Below, in pieces: positions 26,735 to 37,842 of a DNA stretch of 37,917 nt. This DNA comes from Rhodothermales bacterium (lineage in GTDB: Bacteria; Bacteroidota; Rhodothermia; Rhodothermales; VXPQ01). A program made the position numbers and the translations under genes. The stretch is from NCBI GenBank assembly GCA_040904565.1, contig JBBDTI010000044.1, positions 1 to 37,917 on the forward strand, read 5' to 3'. A model generated the notes under the pieces. That model searched no databases. It was given only the letters and a program-made list of their open reading frames with translations, and was not told the DNA's origin. The stretch's first letter is position 1, and each line of letters starts with the position of its first letter.

Positions 26735-28372
26735 ATGAGACTGCTAGCTCTTTTATTCGCCGCGTTCCTTCTCCAGATACCCGCGCAGGGGCAGGACCGT
26801 CCGAACATCGTCTGGATATCCGCCGAGGACCTGAGCCCGCGACTGGGCGCGTATGGCGACGAGGTCGCCCGGACGCCGAACCTGGACCGGCTCGCCTCCG
26901 AGGGGACCCTCTTCACGCGTGCCTTCACGTCGGCCGGCGTCTGCTCTCCGAGCCGCGCCGGCATCATCACGGGGATGTATCAGAACAGCTGGGGCGGGCA
27001 CAACATGCGCGTCACGCACCAGGGCCCCGGCCTTCCGACGCCGTACCACGCGGTCCCCCCGCCCTATGTGAAGGCCTTCACGGAGTACCTACGCGCCGCC
27101 GGCTACTTCACATCCAACGACGTCAAGAACGACTATCAGTTCGGCGAGCCCGTCACGGTATGGGATGAAAACGAGCGAGGTGCCCACTGGCGCAGCCCGC
27201 TCCGTGAAGAAGGGCAGCCGTTCTTCTCCGTCTTCAACTTCACCGTCACGCACGAGAGTCAGAGCTGGATCGATCCGGGCGAGGAGACCACCACCGACCC
27301 CGACGCCGTCGAGCTGCCGCCGTACTACCCGGACACGCCCGAAGTGCGCCGACAGATCGCCAACCATTACGACAATATCGCGACGATGGACGAGCAGGCA
27401 GGAGAGATCCTGCGACAGCTCGAGGAAGACGGGCTCGCCGATAACACGATCGTTTTCTACTGGGGCGATCACGGCGACGGGCTTCCTCGCATGAAGCGAT
27501 GGCTCTACGATTCCGGCCTGCTGGTGCCGCTCATCGTCCGCTGGCCGGGCGAACTGCAACCGGGGTCCGTCGACGACCGGCTCGTCAGCTTCATCGACCT
27601 GGCCCCGACGGTGCTTTCGCTGGCGGGCGTGCCGGTGCCCCGGCACATGCAGGGACAGGTATTTCTGGGGGATCGACAGGCGCCGCCGCGCGAGTACGTC
27701 CACGCAGCCCGGGATCGGATCGACATGGTCTACGACATGGTGCGGGCCGTGCGAGACAAGCGCTTCAAGTACATCCGTAATTTCTATCCCGAGAAGCCCT
27801 TCGTGCAGTTCGTAGATTACCGCAACCGGTCGGGCATCATGCAGGAGCTGTTCCGGCTCCACCTGTCGGGCGACCTCAATGAAACGCAGCGCCTCTGGCT
27901 GCGCGATCGACGTCCGCCCGAAGAGCTCTACGACGTCGTGGCCGATCCGCACGAGATCAACAACCTGGCGGAGAATCCCGCCTATCGAGGCGTCATCAGC
28001 CGGCTGCGTGCGGAGATGGACGACTGGATGGCCCGCATCGACGACAAGGGAGATATTCCGGAAGACCGCATGGTCTTCCAGATGTGGAAGGGGACCGAGC
28101 AGCCGGTTACCTCAGCGCCCGTATTCCTGCGCCGATCCGATACGGATCTCGAGCTGGAATCCGAGCACGAGGGACCCATCGAGATCGTCATACAGAGTGG
28201 TTCGCCGGGGGCGTCGATTACGTATACGCCCGATGAAGGCGACGACGCGCACTGGAAGCTCTACTCCGCCCCGCTCCGCCTGGATAGCGGCACGACGACA
28301 CTGCGGGCGCGAGCCATTCGTTACGGCTATGCCGAGAGTGACGAGACGTCCGCCACCGTGACGATCTACTGA
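26735..28372 (+). CDS. Secreted formylglycine-dependent sulfatase with C-terminal Fn3-associated/chitobiase-C-like domain
   Basis: Signal peptide, RPNIVWISAED, CSPSRAGIITG, GDHGDG, EELYD; C-terminal ITYT...LYSAP...LRARAIRYGY. Confidence 0.93.
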   Translation: MRLLALLFAAFLLQIPAQGQDRPNIVWISAEDLSPRLGAYGDEVARTPNLDRLASEGTLFTRAFTSAGVCSPSRAGIITGMYQNSWGGHNMRVTHQGPGLPTPYHAVPPPYVKAFTEYLRAAGYFTSNDVKNDYQFGEPVTVWDENERGAHWRSPLREEGQPFFSVFNFTVTHESQSWIDPGEETTTDPDAVELPPYYPDTPEVRRQIANHYDNIATMDEQAGEILRQLEEDGLADNTIVFYWGDHGDGLPRMKRWLYDSGLLVPLIVRWPGELQPGSVDDRLVSFIDLAPTVLSLAGVPVPRHMQGQVFLGDRQAPPREYVHAARDRIDMVYDMVRAVRDKRFKYIRNFYPEKPFVQFVDYRNRSGIMQELFRLHLSGDLNETQRLWLRDRRPPEELYDVVADPHEINNLAENPAYRGVISRLRAEMDDWMARIDDKGDIPEDRMVFQMWKGTEQPVTSAPVFLRRSDTDLELESEHEGPIEIVIQSGSPGASITYTPDEGDDAHWKLYSAPLRLDSGTTTLRARAIRYGYAESDETSATVTIY

Positions 28373-28385
28373 TTGCGGGTAAGCG

Positions 28386-30038
28386 TTAGAAGCGGCCCGA
28401 ACGCCAGACGCTCCACAACAATCCGATGCCCAGGAACGCGGCCGCCGCAAACGTGACCAGAAAGAACCACTGGGCGCCGGCGGGATCGTAGGCGAGCATC
28501 AACAGGCCCGACCCGACGATGAGCGCCGCCGTAAGCACGCTGAAGGCGACACGGTTCGCCGCCCGCTGGATCTGCCGTAGCGCTTCGGGGGCATGCTCGG
28601 TCTGAACGTTGAACTGCAGCGATCCCTGCTCGCTCTGTCTCAGAATGCGCCGCAGGCTTCGAGGCAGCGTTTCGGTCAGATCCAGGAGGTCCAGAAGCGT
28701 TTCCTTCGCTCTGTCGACACGGTGCGGCGGTGACAAGGCATGAAGCCAGAATCGTTTCACGTGCGGTTCGGCAAAGGACATGACGTCGAAGTCCGGGTCG
28801 AGCTGGGCGGCGACGCCCTCGGCCATACCCATGACCTTGGCCGTCAGCACGAGTTCGGCGGGCATCCGGAGGTGATGACGGCGTGCGACGTTCATCAGAT
28901 CCTGGAACGCCGAGCGCGCCTCGATTTCTTTCAGCGGCTTGTGGGCGTACCGTCGCATGAGATGCTGCACGTCCTGCCGGAGCGTGTATCGCCTGACGTC
29001 GTCCCGGGCGACGCCCATCACCAGCATCTCGTCAACCAGCCTGTCCGCATCCTGCGCCGTCAGCGCGATCATGATCCGCAGCAAGGCATCCCGGTGGTAG
29101 GCATCCAGAAAGCCGACCATCCCATAGTCCATCAGCCCGATTCGCTGATCCTTCATCACGAAAAAGTTACCGGCATGCGGGTCGGCGTGGAAGAACCCGT
29201 GCTCGAAAACCATCGTGATCAGGATCCGGGCGCTCTCGCGGGCCAGTTGCTTTCGATCGATGCCCGCCCGATCGAGCGCATCGACGTCACTGATCTTGAT
29301 GCCCTCGATGCGTTCGAGGGTTAGTACGCGACGCGCTGAGAAGCTGCGATATACGCGGGGTACGTACAGTACGTCGTCGTCGCGGAATTCGCGTGCGAAA
29401 TGCTCGGCGTTCGACGCCTCGACGGTGTAATCGAATTCGTTTCGGAGCGTAAACGCGAACTCGCGAAACCATCCCTCAATGTCGTAGTCCTGTGCCCACT
29501 GCGTTCGCTGAACGGCCAGGTGGGCGATGTCTCGTAGAATGTCGAGATCTCGCTCTACGATATCGAACGCTCGCGGACGCTGAACCTTCACCACGACGGA
29601 CGTCCCGTCGGGAAGCTCGGCGGCGTGCACCTGGCCGATAGACGCCGATGCGACGGGTTCGCGTGAAAAGGTACCGAACAACTCGTCGGGTGGTGCCCCC
29701 AGGTCATCCTCCAGCACGGACGCGATGGCGTCGTAGTCCACCGGGGGTGCCGCATCCTGCAGCTTCGCAAATTCGGCGATGTAGTCGGGCGGAAGAATGT
29801 CCGGTCGCGTACTCAGCACCTGGCCCATCTTGATGAAGGTCGCGCCGAGATCTTCCAGCGCGGCGCGGAAATGCTCCGGCCCGGATGCCGGCCGTCCCTT
29901 GCCCTTAAGCCGCCGGAATGGAAGGGGTCGTCCGAGGCCCAGCTCCAGCACGAGCCATCCCAAACCGTGCCTCGCCAGCGTCGTAAGGATCTGTCGCAGC
30001 CGCTGCCGATAGGTGCGATCCGTGAGCCAGAACTGCAC
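28386..30038 (-). CDS. ABC1/AarF/UbiB family kinase-like protein
   Basis: LGATFIKMGQVLSTRPD, ASASIGQVH, VVVKVQRP, FFHADPHAGN, DYGMVG; C-terminal TM helices; GTG start. Confidence 0.93.
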   Translation of the reverse strand: MQFWLTDRTYRQRLRQILTTLARHGLGWLVLELGLGRPLPFRRLKGKGRPASGPEHFRAALEDLGATFIKMGQVLSTRPDILPPDYIAEFAKLQDAAPPVDYDAIASVLEDDLGAPPDELFGTFSREPVASASIGQVHAAELPDGTSVVVKVQRPRAFDIVERDLDILRDIAHLAVQRTQWAQDYDIEGWFREFAFTLRNEFDYTVEASNAEHFAREFRDDDVLYVPRVYRSFSARRVLTLERIEGIKISDVDALDRAGIDRKQLARESARILITMVFEHGFFHADPHAGNFFVMKDQRIGLMDYGMVGFLDAYHRDALLRIMIALTAQDADRLVDEMLVMGVARDDVRRYTLRQDVQHLMRRYAHKPLKEIEARSAFQDLMNVARRHHLRMPAELVLTAKVMGMAEGVAAQLDPDFDVMSFAEPHVKRFWLHALSPPHRVDRAKETLLDLLDLTETLPRSLRRILRQSEQGSLQFNVQTEHAPEALRQIQRAANRVAFSVLTAALIVGSGLLMLAYDPAGAQWFFLVTFAAAAFLGIGLLWSVWRSGRF

Positions 30039-30050
30039 GTGAGGGCCTCG

Positions 30051-31382
30051 CTATACCGTCAGCTCCCACCCCGGCTCGTAGCTCCTGCCCCAGTACCGCT
30101 GCATCGCCTGCGGGTCGCCGACGATATGACCGTTTCGCTGGTCGCAGTACACCGTTCGCCCGGTCGCCTGCGCGATATTGCCGAGATGGCACAACAGCAC
30201 GCTCTTGTGCCCCACGTCAATGGGCGCGTTCAGCTCGTCCTGATTACGGATGGTATTGAGGAAATTGGCGATGTGCCGGTCTGTCATGCTGCCGCCGCCC
30301 GTCGTGTCCATGGTCGCCTCGCTCGCCCCCGCCTCGACCTCTTTGACGACATTGTTGTCGAGATCGTATACGACGTAGCCGTTACGGTCCATGACGATCG
30401 TGCCTTCCGTCCCATGCACGGACGTTCCACGGCCGCGATTGAGTACCGGCAGACCGTTGCAGCTTCGCCCTTCCCACGTGATGGTCTTGTCGCCTTCGAA
30501 GTCGAAGGCAATCTGCTGGGTATCGTAAAACTCCCAGTCGTCTTCGAAGTGGTACCGGCCGCCGTTCGAGTTCACACGTACGGGATAGTCCACGCCAAGG
30601 GCCCAGCGCGCTACGTCGATCTCGTGCGTACCGTTGTTGCAGGATTCGCCCGTTCCCCAGTGGGTGAACCAGTGCCAGTTGTAGTGCACCACGTTGTCCA
30701 TATACGGCTTGCGCGGGGCCGGACCCTGCCACAGCTCGTAGTCGAGCCACTCCGGCACGGAGGCAGGCTTGCCGTAGCCGATAGGGCCGCGGGTGTTTGC
30801 ATACCACGTTCGCGCCATATAAGCGCGCCCGATGCCTCCCTCCCAGATCATCTGAACCGCCTCTATGGTCTCGGGTGCCGAGCGCTGCTGCGTGCCCATC
30901 TGCACGACGCGATTGTACTTCTTCTGGGCTTCCACCAGGAGCTCCCCCTCGCGCGGATTGTGGCCGCACGGCTTTTCGACATAGACGTGCTTTCCTGCCT
31001 GCAGCGCCATGATCGTGGCCGGTGCGTGCCAGTGGTCGGGTGCCGCGATGGCGAGAACGTCTACGTCGGCATCGTCCAGCGCACGCCGGAAATCGGTCAC
31101 CCCCTTCGGCATCGTTCCCTGTACGCCGTTCACGGTGGCAGACGTCGCCTCGACGGCACGAGAGTCCACGTCGCAAACGTACAGCACCTCGGCATTGGCC
31201 TGACCGGCAAACGACTCGGCGAGCGCGTCACCGCGGCTGTTGACACCCATCACCGCGATCGTGATGGTATCGTTCGCCGAATATCGTACACCCGCCTTTG
31301 CGGAACGGATAGCCACACCCAATCCGACGCCGCCGGCCGCCGTCGTTTTCAAAAATTGTCGCCTGTCGATGGAGCCGCTCAT
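30051..31382 (-). CDS. Gfo/Idh/MocA oxidoreductase with Tat signal
   Basis: RRQFLK, APDHWH, YVEKP, GTQQRS, HYNWHWF, NNGTHEID; ATG 31382. Confidence 0.93.
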   Translation of the reverse strand: MSGSIDRRQFLKTTAAGGVGLGVAIRSAKAGVRYSANDTITIAVMGVNSRGDALAESFAGQANAEVLYVCDVDSRAVEATSATVNGVQGTMPKGVTDFRRALDDADVDVLAIAAPDHWHAPATIMALQAGKHVYVEKPCGHNPREGELLVEAQKKYNRVVQMGTQQRSAPETIEAVQMIWEGGIGRAYMARTWYANTRGPIGYGKPASVPEWLDYELWQGPAPRKPYMDNVVHYNWHWFTHWGTGESCNNGTHEIDVARWALGVDYPVRVNSNGGRYHFEDDWEFYDTQQIAFDFEGDKTITWEGRSCNGLPVLNRGRGTSVHGTEGTIVMDRNGYVVYDLDNNVVKEVEAGASEATMDTTGGGSMTDRHIANFLNTIRNQDELNAPIDVGHKSVLLCHLGNIAQATGRTVYCDQRNGHIVGDPQAMQRYWGRSYEPGWELTV

Positions 31383-31502
31383 AGGAAGAACCTTTATTAT
31401 GCTTGCAGTTGCACCATGTTGAAAAGTAGCGTATTGAGAACTCTGTCGCCAACACAATGGCGATCTGTTCCTCAGATTCCGGGCTCGAGGCGGAAGACCC
31501 GG

Positions 31503-32195
31503 TCAACTTCGCCGTGCCACGTAGCGCTCGTAATCGTTGACCAGGAGGTAACGGGGCGCATCGTCTTCGACGATATCCGGAAACCGGCCGGCGGGTTCGT
31601 AGAAATAATTGTCGGTTTCGTCGTCATTCACGAGCGAGACTTCTCCTACGAGCACGCGGTCGTTAACGCCCCAGAAGGCGTGATACGTGCCATCCGGCAG
31701 GGTAATACTCTCCCCGGGCTCGAGGATGATCGTGCCGCCCGGCGGAACGGTACGGCGCACGCCGTCGGTGAATACGACGACCTCCCCATCTGCAAGCTCG
31801 CCGTCCTCCGAGGAATCGAAGAGCTTCACGGCCAGATTCCCGCCTCCGCGATTGATAATGTCCTCCGTCTTTACCTTGTGGCGATGCAGGGGTGTGACCT
31901 GATCGGGTTCGACGATCAGGATCTTCTCACCGTACAACATCCCCCTACCGGATCCCAGGTCGGCAGGATCACCGTTGCGGATGGTAAACAGAAAGAGTCC
32001 GACCGAACGAAAGTCGCCGCTCCCGAAGTCCGTGATATCCCACCCGAGTCGCCGATCGACGATCCGGGCCACCTCCGCACCCTTGCCTCGCCAGACGTCC
32101 GGCGTCCAGTAAGCGAACGGTGGAAGCACGAATTGCCGCTCCTTGAGGAAGGCCTCGGCCGATTCGATGATGCGATTGATGTCGGACCGCTTCAT
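31503..32195 (-). CDS. D-lyxose/D-mannose isomerase family (cupin)
   Basis: MKRSDIN, LPPFAYW, LGWDITDFG, YGEK, PLHRHKVKTEDIINRGGG, GEVSLVNDDETDN. Confidence 0.92.
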   Translation of the reverse strand: MKRSDINRIIESAEAFLKERQFVLPPFAYWTPDVWRGKGAEVARIVDRRLGWDITDFGSGDFRSVGLFLFTIRNGDPADLGSGRGMLYGEKILIVEPDQVTPLHRHKVKTEDIINRGGGNLAVKLFDSSEDGELADGEVVVFTDGVRRTVPPGGTIILEPGESITLPDGTYHAFWGVNDRVLVGEVSLVNDDETDNYFYEPAGRFPDIVEDDAPRYLLVNDYERYVARRS

Positions 32196-32530
32196 CGGAC
32201 TTCTGAAGATGGCTGAATGTGACTACAAGCGCTTCGATACCTGACCGCGGCAGACGGCGATAGGAGGCATCCGAAGGCGGCTGCGCGCTCGCCGGACGGG
32301 GCCCTCGATCGATCATACGCTTAACCTAGCGCAGGACCGCTTCAGAATCCACGCTCCCTGCATGGCCGCCTGGCCTCATTTGCAGGTCTCGCAGCATCAC
32401 GTTTACCCGCCTCGAACGTGCTTCGGGATGAGACGGCCGTAGCTTCCTCGACGTATCTTTTGGTACGTTCCAACGTAGGCTAAATCGACTGGCGTCTCAA
32501 CTCGCTGCATTTCGACCTTCTCTTCCGAAC

Positions 32531-33769
32531 GTGCGCTCACTACTTCTTGAACTCTGGGAAGCCTGCATGACGGCCATTCGGGCCGTCGGCACGCACAAGA
32601 TGCGATCCGTGCTCACGACGCTCGGGATCGTGATCGGCATTACGTCCGTCACCGGGATGGCCACGGTCATCAACGGCATCGAGCGGCAGTTTGACAACTC
32701 GATGTCGGAACTGGGAACCGACGTGCTCTACATTGAGAAATGGCCCTGGGTGATGGGACCGGGCTCAGAATGGTGGGAGTTCATGAATCGACCCAACATC
32801 GATGCCGACCTTGCCGAGTTTATCAACCGGCGATCGAGACTGGTAACCGCGGCCGCACCCGTCGTCTCCACGAGCAGGCCCGTGTCGTATCGAGGCAACA
32901 CCTTGACGCCTGTCTCGATCGAGGCGTCGACCCCCGACTACGCGCGAGTTCACGTCGTCGACGTGGACGCCGGCCGATTCTATTCCGACCTCGACAATCA
33001 CACGGCCCGCCGCGTCGCGGTCATCGGAGCACAGGTGGCCGACAACCTCTTCCCTCACGAGAGTCCGCTCGGTAAAAACATCCGCATCGACGGCCACCGA
33101 TTCCAGGTGATCGGCGTGCTCCAGCGTAAGGGAAGCGGCGCCGATCAACAGAGCTCCGCGGACCGGCAGGCACGGATTCCTATCGAAACCTTCGCCCAGC
33201 TGTTTGGCATCCGTGACCGCAGCGTCTCCGTGCAGGCACGTGCAGCGGAAGCCGTCCCGCTCGAGGCAGCGAAAGACGAGCTGACCGGTATCGTTCGCGT
33301 GGCTCGCTCGGTCGAAGCCCGCGCTGAAAACAATTTCGAGATCAACGAACACCAGTCGCTTCGCGCTCAGATGGCTCCGATTAAAGGTGCCATCTACGGG
33401 ATCGGCATCTTTCTTACGGCGCTCGCCCTCCTCGTCGGCGGAATCGGCGTGATGAATATTATGTTCGTCTCCGTCAAAGAGCGGACGAGAGAAATCGGTC
33501 TCCGAAAGGCGCTCGGCGCACGAAAGCGCACGATTCTCATGCAGTTCCTTATTGAAGCCGTAACGGTGTGCCTGATCGGGGGGCTGCTCGGCATCATGCT
33601 GGCCGGGGGGATTGCCGCCCTCATCAATATCTTTTTTACCGCCTATCTCCCTGTCGAGACGGTCCTGGTGGCCTTCGCCATCTGCGTGCTGATAGGCGTC
33701 GGGTTCGGCCTCGCACCGGCGTGGAATGCCGCGAATTCCGACCCCATCGAATCACTCCGTTACGAATAG
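32531..33769 (+). CDS. MacB/FtsX-type ABC transporter permease
   Basis: RSVLTTLGIVIG, periplasmic domain, VGGIGVMNIMFVSVKERTREIGLRKALGA, DPIESLRYE; GTG start. Confidence 0.94.
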   Translation: MRSLLLELWEACMTAIRAVGTHKMRSVLTTLGIVIGITSVTGMATVINGIERQFDNSMSELGTDVLYIEKWPWVMGPGSEWWEFMNRPNIDADLAEFINRRSRLVTAAAPVVSTSRPVSYRGNTLTPVSIEASTPDYARVHVVDVDAGRFYSDLDNHTARRVAVIGAQVADNLFPHESPLGKNIRIDGHRFQVIGVLQRKGSGADQQSSADRQARIPIETFAQLFGIRDRSVSVQARAAEAVPLEAAKDELTGIVRVARSVEARAENNFEINEHQSLRAQMAPIKGAIYGIGIFLTALALLVGGIGVMNIMFVSVKERTREIGLRKALGARKRTILMQFLIEAVTVCLIGGLLGIMLAGGIAALINIFFTAYLPVETVLVAFAICVLIGVGFGLAPAWNAANSDPIESLRYE

Positions 33770-33777
33770 AGCGCATC

Positions 33778-35001
33778 ATGGAGCTACGGGAAGTCATCGC
33801 TTCGGCCTGGAACTCGCTTCGAGCGAACAAGACGCGCACGGCGCTCACGCTGCTCGGCATGGTGATCGGCGTGTTCGCCATCATCACTTCCGTTACCGCG
33901 GTCAAGGTGATCGAAGTATATTTCGAAGAGAAGATGACCTTCCTCGGTACGGGCACGTTTACGATATCGCGCTATCCGTCGATGCAGATGGGGAATCGCA
34001 ATTACGAGTACCGACCGTACATCACGTCCGAACAGGTCGAACGTCTCAAAGAAAGCCTCGACGGCCCGCTTGCCGTCAGCGCACAGGAAGACTTCGCCAT
34101 GACCACCGTACGGTTCGAGTCCGGCACGACAGACCCGAACATCGCCCTGATCGGTACCGACGAGAATTTCCTCGGTAACTTCAGCTACGAAATCGCCTAC
34201 GGTCGGAGCTTTACGCAGGAAGACAACCGGTTCGGGCGCAGGCTCACGGTACTCGGAGCATCGGTAGCCGACGAGCTGTTCGCGACGCAGAATCCACTCG
34301 GAAAGGTCGTCGACATCGACGGCAACCGGTTTACGGTGATCGGCGTGCTTGAACCGAAGGGCAATTTCCTCGGCTTCAACATCGACAACCGCGTATTCGC
34401 GCCGATGGAAACGCTTCTCAATCTGTACGGCGGCGCCCATCGCAATATCGCGACGACCAGCGTTCGCGCCCCGGCCCCGCACATGGTCCCAGCGGCAATG
34501 GACGAGGTGATCGGGCGCTTTCGGACCATTCGAAAGGTGGCGCCGGGCGACGATAACGACTTCGAGCTCGAGACGAACGATTCCATGCGTTCGATCTTCG
34601 ATGCCTTTACGGGCACGCTCACGATCGGCGGAGCGGGGATCGGACTCATCGCGCTGTTCGCGGCGGGCGTGGGCATCATGAATATCATGCTCGTCTCCGT
34701 CACGGAACGAACGCGGGAGATCGGAATCCGAAAATCCGTCGGCGCGCGCAAGCGGGACATTATGCGGCAGTTCATTCTGGAGGCCATCCTCCTGTGCCAG
34801 ATCGGCGGATTGGCCGGCATCGCCCTCGGCGTCCTCGCCGGCAATGCCGTAGCCGTCTACTTCGACATTTCAGCGACGATCCCGTGGGGGTGGACCATGG
34901 CGGCTCTCGTGATGGTTTCGTTCGTGGCGATCGTTTTCGGCGGATACCCTGCGCTTAAGGCATCACGATTGGACCCGATCGAGTCGCTGCGGTACGAGTA
35001 A
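33778..35001 (+). CDS. MacB/FtsX-type ABC transporter permease
   Basis: ATG 33778; RTALTLLGMVIG, GIMNIMLVSVTERTREIGIRKSVGA, LDPIESLRYE. Confidence 0.94.
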   Translation: MELREVIASAWNSLRANKTRTALTLLGMVIGVFAIITSVTAVKVIEVYFEEKMTFLGTGTFTISRYPSMQMGNRNYEYRPYITSEQVERLKESLDGPLAVSAQEDFAMTTVRFESGTTDPNIALIGTDENFLGNFSYEIAYGRSFTQEDNRFGRRLTVLGASVADELFATQNPLGKVVDIDGNRFTVIGVLEPKGNFLGFNIDNRVFAPMETLLNLYGGAHRNIATTSVRAPAPHMVPAAMDEVIGRFRTIRKVAPGDDNDFELETNDSMRSIFDAFTGTLTIGGAGIGLIALFAAGVGIMNIMLVSVTERTREIGIRKSVGARKRDIMRQFILEAILLCQIGGLAGIALGVLAGNAVAVYFDISATIPWGWTMAALVMVSFVAIVFGGYPALKASRLDPIESLRYE

Positions 35002-35092
35002 TCGCATATTGCGGGATCTGACGCGTAGCTGACGCGTCCCACGGCGTCCAGCGCCTCCGTATTATTGTCCGCTTCATTCTCCGCACCACTCC

Positions 35093-35611
35093 TTGCACGA
35101 CTCTCCCGTACGATACACCGCGGTAGCGATGCTTTCGGCCTTGCTGCTGTGCTCTACGCTCTCGGCCGGTTGTTCGCCGGAAGCAGAGGAAGAAACGCAG
35201 GAAGAGCCGGAGTCTCTCTACTTTGAGCCGATAGGGTACGGACAGCGTGCGTCCATCAGCGACACGCTGGAACTCGCCTTCCGCGACCACGCCTCCTGGG
35301 TGGCATATCGCGATTCGCTCGACCCGATCGCCCCCTTCGACACGGTAGATTTCTCACAGGCCATCGTACTGCTCGTCGCCCTGCCGCAGCTCACCAGCGG
35401 GCATTCCATCGAGATGGTCTCGGTCGACCGTTTCGAAACCCACGTAGTGGCTGAATACGTCGTCAATATTCCATCGGAAGACTGCCTGACGGCCTATTCC
35501 GAGAACGTACCCTTTCAGGCCGTGCTGGTCCGTCGGACGGAGCTACCGGTAACGTTCACGCACACGACCGAAGAATATCGCTGTACGTTCGGACCACGCC
35601 GCCGATCGTAG
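35093..35611 (+). CDS. Lipoprotein with PrcB C-terminal-like domain
   Basis: Lipobox-like SAGC; VDFSQAIVLLVAL...TSGHSIE...PSEDCLT...PFQAVLV resembles PrcB_C. Start TTG 35093 or ATG 35129. Confidence 0.75.
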   Translation: MHDSPVRYTAVAMLSALLLCSTLSAGCSPEAEEETQEEPESLYFEPIGYGQRASISDTLELAFRDHASWVAYRDSLDPIAPFDTVDFSQAIVLLVALPQLTSGHSIEMVSVDRFETHVVAEYVVNIPSEDCLTAYSENVPFQAVLVRRTELPVTFTHTTEEYRCTFGPRRRS

Positions 35612-35615
35612 CCGG

Positions 35616-36359
<744 letters not shown>

Positions 36360-36398
36360 TCAAGCTTACCTTAGGGTGCGTGTCCGAGTTGATCCGCC

Positions 36399-37787
36399 TT
36401 ACGATCCGGTGGCCACGAAGGGCGGCGGACCGCCCCTGTCGTCCGTGCTAATGGCGTCGCCATCCTTCAACGTACGGCTCACTACCCGATAAGGGCCGAT
36501 CACGACGTGCTCCCCGCCGGCAAGCCCCGATCGGACTTCTATATGCGTATCGTTCGAGATGCCTGTCTCCACTTCTACCATCTTTGCCGCGCCATCCGAC
36601 ACGATGAATACGACGCGGCGAAGATCCTCGTTCATCACATTCGCCAGCGTTCTACTCGGATCGTTCGTCCCGTCCCCATCCTCCTCTTCTTCATCATCAT
36701 TCGGCATCGCGTTGAAATCCCGCACCGTGACGGCCTGAATGGGGACGGCGACGACGTCGAAGGCGGTTTCCGTAAAGACGTCCACCGTCCCACTCATCCC
36801 CGGTCGCAAACGCGCCACATCTGCATCCGGCATCGGCATTTCGCCGCTCGTGAAGGTCTGGCTATCGAATGATGCCGAATCGGCATTGTGAGGATCCAGG
36901 ATGCGGACTTTTACCGGAAACTCCGTGACCTGCTCCTGCGTGCCCGCAGCCGTCGTGCGGGCCGAGTTCGCGATCTCCGTCACGGTTCCGCGAAACACCC
37001 TGTCCGGGTACGCATCCACCTCGATGGCGGCCGTGTCGCCGAGAGCGACGTGGACGATCTCGTTCTCGTTGACTTCGACTTCGACTTCCATCTGATCGAG
37101 ACGGGCAACTCGCATCATCTCGGTTCCTGCCATCTGGCTCGTTCCGACGACGCGTTCGCCGAGCTCCACGTCCAGCTTGCTAATCGTTCCGTCCATCGGG
37201 CTGTAAATTGCCGTCTTGCTCACCTGCTCCTCCGCTTCACGCAGACGCGCCTCCGCACTCTGGACGGCGTACCGCGCGGCGTCGAGCACCGCCTTGGCGA
37301 CTTCATGCTGCGTCTCGGCATCTTCCAATGCGCTCTGCGAGATCGCATTCTTGGCGAACAAGTCGCGCTGCCGTCTCAGGTCGGCCTCTGCTTTCAACAG
37401 ATCGGCCTGACGCTGCGCCATATTGGCCCGCGACTGCAGCACACCCGCCTCGGCCTGTTCGACTTGCGTGAGATAGAAATCGGGCTTGATGCGGGCGAGC
37501 AGCACGCCCCGCGTGACGTGATCACCCTCCCGCACCGGAAGGTCGATAATCTCACCGGAGACATCCGGACTGATGATGACCTCCGTCTCGGGCTGCACTT
37601 TTCCGGACGCCGTGACGACCTGCGTAATCGTACGAATGTCGGCCTCTGCCGTCTCGACCGCCGTCGCGTCACCGCCGCCGCCCAAAATCCCCGTGAAGCG
37701 TCCGACGACCCCAAGAATGACCAGCAGGATGAGAAGACCTCCCAGTATCCAGAACAGGCGTTTCGTCGCATTTGATTTCTCGGCCAT
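36399..37787 (-). CDS. Efflux periplasmic adaptor subunit (MacA-like)
   Basis: ATG 37787; N-terminal TM, ASGKVQP, ISPDVSGEI...VREGD lipoyl halves, helical hairpin, LRPGMS. Confidence 0.93.
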   Translation of the reverse strand: MAEKSNATKRLFWILGGLLILLVILGVVGRFTGILGGGGDATAVETAEADIRTITQVVTASGKVQPETEVIISPDVSGEIIDLPVREGDHVTRGVLLARIKPDFYLTQVEQAEAGVLQSRANMAQRQADLLKAEADLRRQRDLFAKNAISQSALEDAETQHEVAKAVLDAARYAVQSAEARLREAEEQVSKTAIYSPMDGTISKLDVELGERVVGTSQMAGTEMMRVARLDQMEVEVEVNENEIVHVALGDTAAIEVDAYPDRVFRGTVTEIANSARTTAAGTQEQVTEFPVKVRILDPHNADSASFDSQTFTSGEMPMPDADVARLRPGMSGTVDVFTETAFDVVAVPIQAVTVRDFNAMPNDDEEEEDGDGTNDPSRTLANVMNEDLRRVVFIVSDGAAKMVEVETGISNDTHIEVRSGLAGGEHVVIGPYRVVSRTLKDGDAISTDDRGGPPPFVATGS

Positions 37788-37842
37788 ACCGTCCAACCGA
37801 ATGAGATAGTGATAGAGATAGCGTCGTTTCGCGTCCGGGCAG

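Noticed and set aside
29871-32216. 781-aa plus-strand ORF
   Set aside because: Antisense shadow of well-supported minus-strand genes; no motifs; expected in GC-rich DNA.
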